Assembly: GCF_001194135.2 (NCBI RefSeq)
Contig: NC_068987.1
Location: forward strand, 61,236,378-61,297,422
Reading direction: 5' to 3'
Origin: Octopus bimaculoides
Taxonomy: Eukaryota
Length of the DNA stretch: 61,045 nt
Of the stretch, positions 13,556-27,402 are shown piece by piece (the first letter of the stretch is position 1; every line of letters starts with the position of its first letter). The translations under genes were made by a program, and so were the position numbers. The notes beneath the pieces are model-generated. The model worked only from the letters and a program-made list of their open reading frames with translations. It was not told the DNA's origin and made no database searches.

Positions 13556-14182
13556 GAGGTGTAATGTGTTTAAAGTTTGTATGCATTTGAGAAAAGTGAT
13601 TTCAATTCCCTGATACAAAAGACTTCCTTTGGAAATTGAGAAAAGGTTTTACATCACCCTTAGTCCACGAGAGGGTGAAACTGAGTTACAAAACAAGATC
13701 AGTATCTAAGGAAACAAAGACAATTTTGGTGCGTTCGTGTTAATTAACAAGCACAATAAGCAAGAGAAAATTTTGCACCCTTTCACACCAATACCTAGAA
13801 GGTATTGTACCCTCCTCCCAACTACATCTCTGCATGGATTTAGAATGAAGAGAACCTTTTATCATTCTCCAAAGAAGGAATTGGTCTTAAAACACAAGAA
13901 GCTCTTCTAGCAATAAAATACCACTTTAACAAACTTTTTAACTTTACCAATAAAGATTGCTACTAGTGTTCCTGGATTCTAGTCTCTTAAACACACACAC
14001 ACACCTTGAATAATAGATAGCACAGTTGATATGAGTTGGCAAAATTATGAGAATGGATGATAAAATAGCCTGCAGTATTTGCTCCAGCTTTTTACTTCCT
14101 GAGATAAAATTCCACCAAGATCAACTTTAATTTTCATTCATTTTAGATTTTAGCCAAATGGTGTTTTCTCACTCTTTTAGTC

Positions 14183-14838
14183 AAGATAGGTACCAGGCAA
14201 AGAGAATCATTAGCATGCTGTACAAAATACTTAATGGCATTTCCACCAACTTATGTCGAGAGTGCAAATTCTACAAAGGTCAATTTTGTTTTTTATCCTT
14301 TTGGGGCTGGTAAAAGTAAATGCCAGTTGAGCACTGGGGTTGATATAACTGAATAGCCCCATCCCCAAAAGTTTCAGATCCTGTGCCTATAGTAGGAAGA
14401 ATTATATTAAATTATTAAGGTGGACAAAATGATTAGTAACATTTCATCCATCTTTATGTTCTGAGTTCAAATTCCACCAAGGTTGACTTTGCCTTTCATC
14501 CTTTTGGGGTTGGTAAAATAAGTACCAGTTGAATACTGGGGTCGATATAATCAACTATACACCTCCCTGAAATTTCAGGCCTTGTGCCGATAGTAGAAAA
14601 GATTATTATTATTATTATTATTAAAGTGGCAAGCTAGCGGAAATGTTAGCATGCTGGACAAAATGCTTAGTGGCATTTCGTCCATCTTTATGTTCTAAAT
14701 TCAAATTCCACCAAAGTTGACTTTGCCTTTCATCCTTTCGAGGTCAATAAAATAAGTACCAGTTGAGTACTGGGGTCGATGAAATCAACTAACACTTTCC
14801 CCCATAACTGCTGGCCTTGTGCCAAAATTTGAAACCAG
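14183..14838 (+). repeat. Three head-to-tail SINE family C copies (~215-bp period)
   Basis: The block tttgcctttcatcctttt..gtaaaataagtaccagttga.cactggggt occurs three times, joined by (ATT)n tails. Confidence 0.85.
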
Positions 14839-15324
14839 TAGTATCATCATCATCAGTGTTATTAGAACTCTACCACTACTCCACCACTGTTACTACAACT
14901 ACTTCCAGCATTAGAGTAACAACTGCCGAATCCCTGTTCCACACAGGTAACTTTCTTTAATGTCATACTGACATTCAGTATCAATAATGTCCTTACATGA
15001 ACATTAAAACCTCCTACTTCCTTCCCGCCTCCTCACAAACATCAGGCTTTATGCCTGTACATGAAAAAATGTTGCTTGTTACTTCAAGCATTTTACAACT
15101 GCTGTTCCATGTTTAATATGCTGAAAGATTCTAGATAGATTGATATTACAATTTCACAATGAAATTGTGATCTTCAATGTTAATCACTCAACTGGAAAAT
15201 ATGTATACTACATACTTTCAGTCATCTTTTTGCTCACTTCCAGTCATTGGACTGTGGCAATGAAGGGTTGTTTTTTTTATTATTATTTTTGAATAAATCA
15301 ACCTCAGGGCTTATTTTAAGTTCG

Positions 15325-16315
15325 GTACTTATTCTACTGGCTATATTTAGCTGAACCACTAAGTTACGGGGACGTAAACAAACCAACACAAGTTGTCAAG
15401 AAGTTGAGTGGGGACACACAACAAACACTGACACAAAGACACAGAGATAAATACATCTATCTATATATATATATATATATATATGTTAAATCTCTGAACG
15501 AGGTATTAACAGAAACTGCACGACAAGGTGAGGTATATTTGTCACTTAAATGTGGCTGACCCCTAAGGGTGGATGTTACTGTTGCAAATACAGACAGGAC
15601 ACAGATGTGTGTCAATAGCCAGCTGGAGGAGATGTTCTCCTGGGGCTAAAAGCAACAGTAACATCCACCCTTAGGGGTCAGTCACATTTATGTGGCAAAT
15701 ATACTTCACCTATATACATTATTATTAAAAATATGGCAAAAAATCATATATTAATTAATATCGATTAATTACCAGGAAGCTAGCATATATATATATATAT
15801 ATATATATAGAAGGTTATCACTAGCCTGATAGACTCGGCTATGTCAAGATGGATTCATGTATTCTTCCTCCCACTTGGATTTTTATGTATTCTTTCTCCC
15901 ACTTGGATTTGAAATGTTGCCACAATTATAATATGTCTATTCTATTGTAATTTTCTGCATTTTCGTGCAGCTGAAGATTGCTCTTCATATTGCATTTAAT
16001 GTAATGCTCGCATTACTTAAATAAATGGAGTAGCATGAAACGTGCGTACTGCAATCATCTTTGAAATCCGTGTTGCTTATTTTGATATATATATATGTAT
16101 ATATACACACACACATACATATATATACATACACATATAAACATACATGAATAAATATATATACACACAATGGGCTTCCACATAGTTTCTTCTTATCAAA
16201 TTCACTCACAAAGCATTGATAGGCCTGGGGCTATAGTAGAAGACACTTGTCCATGATGCTGTGCAGTGGGACTGAACCAGAAAGTACACGGTTAAAGAGA
16301 GATTCTTGGCCACAT
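15325..16315 (-). mobile_element. SINE family B split by about 600 bp of nested insertions in its microsatellite
   Basis: The 3' half lies at 15325-15460 and the 5' half at about 16165-16315. Two (TA)n-flanked segments lie between them. Confidence 0.7.
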
Positions 16316-19300
16316 AAAGGAACCTGTGACATTTTTTAGATCAATAGTCCAGTCTGTTATTGTCAACACTACAGTCTCTCTCTTCTTCTGCTGAAGTTAC
16401 CAAATATGTAAACTCAGTCTCATATACCTATTCTACATGCCTCTTTATCCCTTCTGCTGGACAGTCGCTCACACCTTGAACCCTCATGCTTTTAACACCT
16501 TTAGCCAACCTTCATTCCTTAAATATGTTTTTTGCTCTTTCGGAAATCTATCCGAGGAAGAAGTTCAAGATGAACATCAAATACAATGTTCTTACAGAAC
16601 ACATCTCACTTATTTGAGGAACTAAAAAGTAGAGAGAATAAGAATAAAAATAAACATTTCATTTTCTAAAATCATTCTCCTAATGGGTATACATACATGT
16701 GTGTGTGTGTGCGTGTGTGTGTATACACAACAGAAGGAGATTATATATATAATCTCTTTCAGTCATTATACTTTGGTTACTTGGCCATATAGAGGGGTAC
16801 CATCTTGAAGGGTTTAGTTGATCAAATTGACCCCCAATATTTAATTTTTTAAATCTATTGGTTCTTTTGCCACACTACTAACCTATGAGATATAAACAAA
16901 CCAATACTAGTTATCAAGTGGTGATCAGTGGGACAAGCACAGTTTCTGTCTACCAAATTCACTCACAAGGCATTGGTTGGCCTGAAGCTATAGGTAAGGG
17001 CACTTTGCTTAAGGTGTTACACAGAGGGACCGAACCCAAACCACATGGTTACAACTACATGGCCATGCTTGCCCCTATACATAGACTGAAATAGCAATGA
17101 AAATGCTTAACTCCAATACACAACATATAAACTAAACAAATGAAAATAGAAAAGAAAAAAACACAACACAAGAAATACCCATACTATTCCAAACATATCA
17201 TAGGAGACATACAACATTAATGCACATCAACAATTTCAGAATATTAATTCTTCAGTGATAGTAGAAGTCAAATCTGTTGGCCTGTGTTCACTTTTTCAAC
17301 TACATAACAATAATATAAATTTTCTCACAAGGCTGCAAATATTGAAACTCTGGTCAATATATAGCTGACATGAATTTTGATCTATGGGGGGAATGGGAGT
17401 AAAGTCAACCCTACCAGATTTGAACTCAGAATGTGAAGAGAGAAACAAAGCAAAAAGTACCACAAGCTATTATTTTGTCTAGTGTCCTAATGTGACTGTT
17501 ATTCTATAACTCTACATGATATTAACACGAAGCACAGTTTGTGGATATGTGAAATCTATGGGATAGAAATAAGAAATGCACAATGTTCCTTGCTAGATTT
17601 TATGAGAGGATATCTTTAAAAAAACAAAAACAAAAAAACAATCATTCATGCATGTGTGTTTTATACGCATGCACACGCATATGTTCGTGTTCTGCTTCTG
17701 ATTAAACTATATAATCCTACTTGCCTTAGTCTGGCTAACTGATAACAGATTCCACCCTCATTTTACAATTGAGTAGTAAGTTAATCATGAAAAGGGCATA
17801 AAATCAATTGTGCCAACAAACTTATGATACCCGTAAGAAAACAACTCATCATAAGATATTGTAGATATCATCATCATCATCATCATCACCATTTTTACAT
17901 GTATTTCTCATGCTGGTATAGGTTAAACAAGTTATTACAGTTCAAGCTAGTTCTTATTCACAGTTACTACTCTCATAACAGCACAAATATATTTATGCAC
18001 ATAGCACACACTTTCACATGCATAGAGTTAACTCATGTAAAGTAACACTTTGAAAAAAAAGAAATTTAAATAGAAACAGGCCTAAAGACCATTTTTGTTA
18101 TCAGTTGAATAGACACATCCCAGAGAAAAACTTTTATCAGTGCTTCATTAATGCTATCTCAGTCATCTAGCCAAATCCTTAGAAATGGTATTGCACAAGC
18201 CAGCCCTTGAATTCCATTGTAACAGAGAAAGTTTCAAGCATGCATAGCACATTTTTCTGCATCAAACCCATGTTCCTTATGAGTAATGTTGTCCATGTTG
18301 ACTAATTTAATTAAGAGAATTAAAGAAGAGACTAAATGGCAAGGGAATGGAGGACAGGGGAGGAGGGAACTTTCAAATGTTTAACAATGATAGCTAATCA
18401 AACAGAAAAAGAACAGATGACATGAGATGAAAAAATGAAAAATAGGGACAGAATCGATTCAGGAAATATTGTTTAAATGCCCAATGAAGAGATGTTATAC
18501 AAAAATCTTTGGGTTTTCTTTTTGTTTTGTTTTGTTTTTGTCGTTTGTTTCTTAAGAAAAAAAATTGGAATATCAAATTCTATTTTTAAATGCTAAAACT
18601 ATGAAGCTATGAAATTAGTATCATGTTTAAGTTCACTGGGTAACTTCTGAAGTTGTTTCTAAGGATCCAGAAATATCCTATTTGAAGAAGATACTTGTAG
18701 CATAGAGATAAAGCTTATCAATCCATTTCATGTGTGTGTGTGTGTGTGTAAGCATATATGTAGATAGATAGATAGATAGATAGATAGAGGTGTAATAGAC
18801 GAGAGCTATAACATCTGGTTATGTTGGAAAAAGACAATAAAAACGAATTACCCCTTTACTGTTTTTAACATTCAGTTATTTCTTACAGCGGATTACTACT
18901 ACTACTACTACTGATAAATAGATTTATCTAGCTCGCTAGTTATTCTATTTATTTATGTAAAGCTGCATGGCCTACTGATTACAGGTGTTTAGCTCAATAG
19001 TTAAGGAGTCAATTTCCTGACTGGGTGGTACATTGTCCTTGAGCAAGGCATTCTGCTTCACACTACTGCTAGTCTACTCAGCTGAAAATGAGTATGGGCC
19101 AAGTGCTGGCACTGCCCTCTTTGCTTCCAGCTGTCACATACTCAATGTTCTCTGCGGACAAGAGTAAGCAAACCAAAAGGGTGTCTATGTCTGATCACAA
19201 TTACATAAGAACCTAAAACAATTAGCAAAAGTATGGCATATGATACCAAAACTTATTCATTCACAAGTGATAGGCGGCGAGAGAGAGTGGGGGGAATGTT

Positions 19301-19511
19301 TCTCCAGACAAAACAAAATGTCAATAGTAGTAGTAGTAGTAGTATGAGATTTAGACTTAACAGGTGTGGGTGGGGTTGAAAGTAATAAAATAAATGTAGA
19401 CTGTCAGTTGTCATCTATCATGCTACAGGTGGGATGGGGGTGGGGTGTCTTCATTGAAATTCCCAGAGAATTTGGGAATGTTACAGCAAGTCAATATTAG
19501 GACATTCTAAG

Positions 19512-19740
19512 GCAGTGAGCTGGCAGATTGTTAGCTCACTGGGCAAAATGCTTAGCGGTATTTCATCTGCCATTATGTTCTGAGTTTAAACTCTGCCAAG
19601 GTCGACTTTGCCTTTCATCCTTTCAGGGTCGATTAAATAAGTACCAGTTATGCACTGGGGTCAATGTAATCGACATAATCCTTTTGTCTGTCCTTGTTTG
19701 TCCCCTCTATGTTTAGTCCCCTGAGGGCAATAAAGAAATA
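19512..19740 (+). mobile_element. SINE family C with 19-bp TSD, inserted directly ahead of an older family C head
   Basis: AATATTAGGACATTCTAAG at 19493-19511 and 19741-19759. Confidence 0.88.
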
Positions 19741-22700
19741 AATATTAGGACATTCTAAGATGGTGAGCTGGTAGAACCGTTAGCACACTGGGCAAAATGC
19801 TTAGCAGTATTTGAAACCAATACTAGCACATTCTTATTATATGAGATAGAAATAGGATGATGGAATAATGTAGAGCTTCTCTGTCAGGCACCGATCACAT
19901 CATTTGTACCCATTCATAAAATGCCTTTGCCTTACACTGCCCATATAGTGCAGGTTGTGTCTGCTTTGTCTCTTATTTTCCCAAATGTGATTTAAAAGTA
20001 ATGTGTCAAAGTTATTTTATTACTTTCAAACAGGCATAACCAACCAACCAAACAAAACGATGGTCATGAATCTAATTGTATAATCAATGTTTATCTCACA
20101 TTAATTAACTCAGTGTATGTGTGCATTAGCATTTACTGTTTTACCAGAGATTCCCCCTTTCCCTTACAATGCACATTTTCTCCGAGCGGATATTATTCAA
20201 GCTGAGAAATTACTACTCAATCTTTCCAGTCTGGGAGGCCTGCAAAGTCATCAACATTGCTCCTCCTTCTCCAACTAACTTACAAAAGCAATAGATATCA
20301 TTCATTTTCATAGCGATATTGGTAGCTAGTTAATAGAATATCAGCCTACCTGCTAAAGTAATCAAACCTTGATACATACTTCATCACTGATGTATGTTAC
20401 ACAGTGTATTTAGTAAAGATATACAACTCTTAACAACTTACTGTCCCTAATTATGTACTGGAATCATGTTTAAGTATACTAGCATTGATACCCTGTTGTA
20501 GATAACAGCAACTACTATATGATTAACAAGGGAGTCTTTTGTTGCAGTTTTAACCTCAAATTCCCATTCGTACCTAGAAAATACAATCATAAACTACTTC
20601 TGAGAAAATGAATATCTCCTAACATCTTGATGGTGGATGTCTCTGATTTCAAAAAAATTTTTTAAATAAAGTAAAAATGAAAATGAAACATGAAGTATTT
20701 TAGTTACCACTCCAGTACAAATGTATCAAATCTACATCCATGACTCTATAGAAACGTTTAATAAAATAAAAGGGGATCGGAAATGAATGACTGGATGCAG
20801 CCTGACAGATGAATTAGTTTGAAACAATGTACTTGTAACTCTATGAAGAAGCTTAGAAAGGCTGGCTTCCTTACAATGGAATGGTACTGAAGAGAATTTA
20901 GATTTTAAATGATACAAACTGCACAAGGAATATTTTATAATTAAAGAGTAAGATCATACTTTACAATGGCATGATAAATGCAAAACAAAACAAAAATCAA
21001 ACAGCAGTGAAATATTTTAAGAGTGAAGAAAATGAAAAAAAAAAAGGAAAAATGAAATTCCTGAACCGAAAAATGATGGTGCATGGTGAACACATCACAG
21101 TGTAGACAAAGCATTCAGCAGAACAAACAACAAAGAACACAGAAGTCAAAGTGAGGAAATTTAGAGAAAAGATCAGCAGCATGCTTTTGGCACTCTTTTG
21201 AAGACACATGAAATCAATATCACAGAGAAGACAAAGCACACGGGAAAAGCTTTACTGAAATATAAAAGCGCATCAAGTTACAATTCATGACAAAACTTCT
21301 AGCAGCCATATTAGATTGCTTCTGTACAGAACCAAAGTTATTAATTAATTTATTTATTTATTAACAGTACTAAATGAGGATTATTAATTCCTTTCATAAA
21401 ATGTAGAGGAAATGTCAATGGAATTCAAGAGTCCTGTTCTGCTAAAAGAAAACCTTGAAATTAAATAGATTCCCTAAAACAGTATTTATTTGAAGTAATG
21501 TAATTAGCCTGAGTTTGATATAGAAATACAGCTCTTACAAACAAGGTATAGTATTGCAGAGGATGCAACATGGTCTTACCCAATGTACAGTGCAATAAAG
21601 TTTATTCTATAACATTTTATCAACTACCTTTAAGTTATATACCTGTGTAGTTAGAGTCAACTTCAGCTATTCAACAACAACAACAACAACAACTAACACA
21701 GTTATACATTTACAGTTTATGAAATTTAATCATATATGTTAATGAACAATAAATTACACAAACTAATACTAAAATCTTATTTGAAATAAAAGCGAGGCAA
21801 TAACTCCATTATACCAAACAAGAAATAAATAATTTACAAGTTCACTGCCTTATAATTCCATGTTAATTCTGCAAAGATTCACTTTGCCTTTAAGTTGTTG
21901 AAATCAAAGTAAAACTGATATGTTGAATTTATAAGTCATTTTCAAAGATTCAAAATCACTTTCAAATATTAAACTGGACACTTCCTTTGCCAACAATGCC
22001 TGAACATCTGATTAATTAGGTTTCTAATAATCATCTGACCAATGAGGCATTGCAGTATTATTGAACTGATATGGTTTGGCCTCACAGAGGCAAAGTGGCC
22101 AATGCTGGTAGTACATGAAAAGCACCTTTCGAGTGTTGCATGAGAAGACCCATCAAACCAAGTGAAATCGCAGTCATGGTCGATACTAGTGTCACAAAAC
22201 TGGCACCTGTACCAGTGGCACATAAAAAGCACCTTTCAAGTATTGAGCCTCACAGAGGCAAAGTGGCCGATGCTGGTGGCACATGAAAAGCACCTTTTGA
22301 GTGTTGGCCTCAAGGAGGCAATGACGAATGACTGAGACATTTGGCATTATGTTGTGCTTGAGAAGAAGACTCCTTAAGTCAAGTAAAATCACAGTTGTAA
22401 CAGATACTGGTGTCATGCAAATGGCACCCATGCTGGTGGCACGTAAAAGCACCCATTATACTCTCAGAGGGGTTGGCATTAGGAAGGGCATCCAGCCGTA
22501 AATACCATGCCAAATCGGACAGGAGTCTGGTGCAGCCTTCCAGCTTGCCAGCCCAGGTCAAACCATCCAATTCATGCCCGCATGGACAACAGACGTTAAT
22601 GATGATGATGATGAAGGTTTTCATTAGATCCCATTTCTTAGTTCAAGCTTTCCAGTGACTTGGTCCATGATAGAAATATTAACCTTTCAGATAATTGTCA

Positions 22701-24134
22701 AATGTAATGCTTATTTATTGTTTTGAATTAATCATGCATTATCTCATAGCTTTGAGATTTCAATGTTAAGGTTGTTTATTTTTAGAATGATATTCTAGGG
22801 TAGGTGTGAAAGGTCAGATCTGGCCAGCTTGAACATAAAATGGCCAGACTATTTGGCCAGATATGGCTGGGTCAAATGTTAAAGGATTAAAAATGTCTTC
22901 TTAATTTCAATTTCATTATCACCACTAAAATGGTGACTGAACTAAAAAATATGTAATAAAATTTGTTATTTTGCTTTACATTGTAATACAATGCAGTAAT
23001 CAACATAGCTTTCCTATTTTCATTTTAGAAGAATTATACAAGAGGGAATAATTTTTTCACTCATTATTTTAGATTTTCTTTCTTATCAAAGCAGGAAAAC
23101 TAGTTGAGGGAAAAGAATAAAAAGGTTGCGAGTTTAAAGTGATTATTGGAAACACACACACACAGATAAACTGATAGATTAGATGAGATGTAGGGTCAAA
23201 TAAAGAGAGAATTTACAAAAGTCATACATTTAGATGTTGTTGTTGTTGAATACCAGTAGTTGAATCAGATGAAGACCCACAAGCTAGACATGACATAATT
23301 TTCATTAATTTATTTATTTCAGTATGTTAAATGAATCATATTCTCTTAAACATCAGAGTTTGGTATAAGAACTTTCAGCCTTATTCAGTTCCTCATGTAA
23401 ATACTGAAGGTATTTACAAGGTAGAAGGCATTTTTGCTATTCACTTACTATCTAGTCTCAGAATTTGTACTACCAGTCAAATATATAGATTACACTAAAC
23501 TAGGTATTAATTTACTATTTACAAATGAATAGTAAACCTTAAAAGTAGATAAATTATCATAACTTCACTTCAGAACCTTGTCATAAATTTCAAAAGCAAT
23601 TCAGAGACTAAGCTGATAAAACACCAAACTCCTAACCTTCTCCATTGTATATCCTTATTGAGATACATACATGGAGTTGCAGTATGTGTATATGACAATA
23701 GCTGATTTAACTTACCTAATTAAGAACTCCTCTTCATACAAGTTAACATATTGCATTTATGATTGCAGTTGCTATAGATACTAAATTTCTACTGCTGACT
23801 GTTCAATATACATTCATTAACTGACCATTATGCTTAGTTTTTTTTTCTTCTGTTTTTTTTTTTTTAAGATTTCTTACATAAATATGTTTTGGTCACATAG
23901 CTACAACAGCTGAATGCTGAAACTATCATTCTTATTTTCAAAGACAAAATCAGCACAAGTCTTGAGTAGAAAATATCTAGTAAAGATTGATCAGAATGTA
24001 AAAACCTGATTGTTTTGTGTTTTATTTATGCTGCAAGAGGTGGTATTGCCAGTAAATCTGTTAACCTGTGTAACAAGAAAAGGTTACTTAAAGACAATAG
24101 AAAAACATGCCAATCATACAGAAATATTTTCACC

Positions 24135-24168
<34 letters not shown>

Positions 24169-26105
24169 GTCTAAGCAAAAGAAAGTGAAGTATACATAGT
24201 TTTGGCAAAAACCTTCCTAGGTTATAGGGTCAGAGAAACTATGTGAGGCTAAAAGCACTTAATATTCATCTGAATCATCATAGATTAATTGTTGGGAAAG
24301 AGGCAAAAGCTGGAGTGGGGGTGCTGAAAGACATAGTTTTAGATTAAAAGAAAGGTAAGTAGATTAAGTGTGTTTAAGTATGGGGAGTACAAACTTGGAA
24401 AACAAAGAATTAACAGCTGTTAATAGCAGTATAAGCGGCAGAAAAATATAACAGCTTNNNNNNNNNNNNNNNNNNNNNNNNNNNNNNNNNNNNNNNNNNN
24501 NNNNNNNNNNNNNNNNNNNNNNNNNNNNNNNNNNNNNNNNNNNNNNNNNNNNNNNNNNNNNNNNNNNNNNNNNNNNNNNNNNNNNNNNNNNNNNNNNNNN
24601 NNNNNNNNNNNNNNNNNNNNNNNNNNNNNNNNNNNNNNNNNNNNNNNNNNNNNNNNNNNNNNNNNNNNNNNNNNNNNNNNNNNNNNNNNNNNNNNNNNNN
24701 NNNNNNNNNNNNNNNNNTTTTTTTTTTTGTTTTTTTTTGGTATTTGAGGCTGAGGAGGAGATAACCACTCTGAAATGCATGCGTCCATCAGTCTGGTTAG
24801 AGAGCACTTTGAACTTATTTGGTGTGTTTACACCTATTTGTCTATAGCAAGAAATTTTCTCCATGACAAAACGCAGTGAAGGATGGCTTTCTTATAGTTT
24901 CACATATTTGAACTGCTAACAAGTTTGTATTTATACACATCACTGCTTGATGCTTCTATTCTGTGTTTTATTTACAGCAAGCCATCAATTAACGCAACCA
25001 GATACAGTACAATGTATAATAAGAGATATCCATCAACTTTTGTCAGTTCATAGAGTTTTTTTTTTTGTTTTTTTTTGTTTTTTTTTGGTATTTGAGGCTG
25101 AGGAGGAGATAACCACTCTGAAATGCATGCATCTGGTTAGAAAGCATTTTGAACTGACTTGGTGTGTTTAAACTATTTGTCTGCAGTGAGAAATTTTCTC
25201 TGTTGACAAAATACAGTGAATGGCTTTCTTACACATTCAAAAGTACCCCAAGAATATCTGAATTGATAACAAGTTTGTTATGTATATATACATATGTGTG
25301 TGGTGGAGATGGAGGGGGAGTATGTGTATATATATATATATATAATGAGCAAGGGCTTGATTAAAGTCAGATGCTGGGTGAGAAGTGAGAAAAGTATGGA
25401 TGTGCATCAGAGTGTGTACAGCTGTCATTTCTCAGGTTATTTCAGTAATACTCAAGTATAGGGCATATCTGGACTTTGTACAGAGTTAGCATCTGTTGAG
25501 AGTTTTGAAGAGTTTGCAGCACTAAGAAGTCTCAAGGGAAAGATGGTCATGTTAATGAAATTATAGCTGCATAATATGTGTGACTTCTGAATGATTTTGA
25601 GAAGCATTGTTGTCAGGCCTTGTAAAGTTGAGCATTTGTAAAGAGTGTGACATAACTAGTGTGATGGATTTGTATAAACAAAAACACAAAATCTGAGGTA
25701 AGTACATTGACCAATCTTTAATAACCTAATAAGTCTTAGCAGAAATGCAGGAATATTAAAGGAATAACACACAACTAATGGCTGAAATGAAGGAAATAGG
25801 GAGCAAACAGCAAACTCACAATGACTTTAATAAAACTTAAGCCACACCATAACCAGTTATTTTAAAGAAAGTTTGAAAGAATGATTAAACAGCTTTGTTA
25901 ATGACAGTAAGCAGAACTTATCTGAAGAAAGATTAAAATAATGACACAGTAAAGCAGTTTAAAACATCTATCTAGGAGAGATTTCAAAAAGCTAAAGAAT
26001 TATGCAAAAGATAAGAAGATAGATTACAATAGCTAGAGATACATCCACACATACACACATAGAGATAGACAGAGAAAGACACACATAAATATATGGACTG
26101 AATAC

Positions 26106-26567
26106 CTGAGTGTAACTCATCAATGTATTCCGGGAGTGAGTTTATACTGGATCTACTCCAACAAGATCGTGTTAACAAAGAAGTCATGGATACAGAGTTG
26201 GAAAGATGATTCCCAGAGAAAAAATCACTGGGAGGAGATGTTGATTCAGGACCCAATGTACCTAACTGCAGTGGACTTTCTGTTGTCTCTTCTGCACTTT
26301 TCTTTCGGTAGCCAACAAGGACAACATCATTCAGAGGAGGGGTAGCATCAGCATTGATGCAAGAATAAGATGGACGTTTGAAAGCTTCAGGTTTTATGTT
26401 CTTGATGAATTTTCTCTTGCCTTTATTACGTAATTCAGTTGGATCTTCTCCGTAGTAATAACATGTGGATGTATCTGACTTAGAGCGATCTCTTAAAACA
26501 ATTTCCAAGTCCTTTCCATCAGAATCATAGGCAGGGTTTGTATATTGAACTTGACCTTCAGGAAAAT
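26106..26567 (-). CDS. FAM135: FAM135-like exon (phase 1 to 1), start of the disordered linker: FPEGQVQYTNPAY...EYIDELHS
   Basis: Acceptor cttccatttttag, donor CAG|gtatt, 462 nt fully open (part of ORF 25984-26649). Phase-compatible on both sides. Confidence 0.88.
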
Positions 26568-27168
26568 CTAAAAATGGAAGAAAAAAAGGAAAAGAAAGAT
26601 GGAGAAGTAAAAAATATAAAATAAAATAAAACATGAGATTCAAAACCAATTTTTAAAAATTTCCCAAACTAATTTTTAAAAATTTACAAAAGTAAATAAA
26701 CTATTATTAGAACAGTAATTAAAAATAAATATATTCTAAAATGAAGGCTAACATATTTAAGAAAAAAGTGAGTGTGACTTGGTAGCTTCTATCATACTTT
26801 GTTTTAAGTAACTACATAATTACAAGCAGACACAAGCATACTCTTGGCCCTCCTACCCTTAACCAAGCAGAACATCAGGGATGTAACAACTGAAGAGAGA
26901 GAGGGGGGGTAGAACTGCACAAGGAATTGACTGGGACTCATTTTCAGCTGAGTAGATTGGAGCAATGTGAAATGAAGAACTTTGTTCAAGGAGACAATAC
27001 ACCACTCAATCCAGAAATCAAACCCACATTCTAACCGTTAAGACACAGCATATATTTATTACTGTGAATTAATACAACCAGAAAATTAGTGTTATCATAA
27101 ATTCATAGTAGTTCACAGTATAAGATATGCCATGAACTTCTGTAAGAGACGTAATGAATGATACTATG

Positions 27169-27402
27169 AAGGCGGCGAGCTGGCAGAAACGTTAGCATGC
27201 CGGCGAAATGCTTAGCGGTATTTCGTCTGCCGTTATGTTCTGAGTTCAAATTCCGCCAAGGTCGACTTTCCCTTTCATCCTTTTGGGGTCGATAAATTAA
27301 ATACCAGTTACACACTGTGGTCGATGTAATCGACTTAATCCCTTTGTCTGATTTTGTTTGTCCCCTCTATGTTTAGCCCCTTGTGGGCAATAAAGAAAAT
27401 AA
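27169..27402 (+). mobile_element. SINE family C, young copy (others about 5103-5195, 37905-38100, 39235-39425, 43965-44160 on minus; 47869-48100, 58680-58780 on plus)
   Basis: B-box-like GTTCAAATTCC and central ttcatccttttggggtcgataaattaaataccag domain. 13-bp TSD GAATGATACTATG at 27156-27168 and 27403-27415. Confidence 0.9.

Noticed and set aside
14183-14838. Regularly spaced repeats resembling a CRISPR array (also the gtggcacgtaaaa subrepeats in family A)
   Set aside because: The units are whole SINEs or retroposon subrepeats with no unique spacers, in a eukaryotic intron.
20732-20919. Good acceptor followed by about 60 open codons and a stop
   Set aside because: That frame needs phase 2 but the upstream exon ends in phase 1, where it reads VCII*. 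No homology recognised.
23447-23467. Possible 21-nt phase-1 microexon VQILRLD with a gtaagt donor
   Set aside because: Weak acceptor (tttgactggtag). Hits of this quality are expected by chance in a 22-kb intron.
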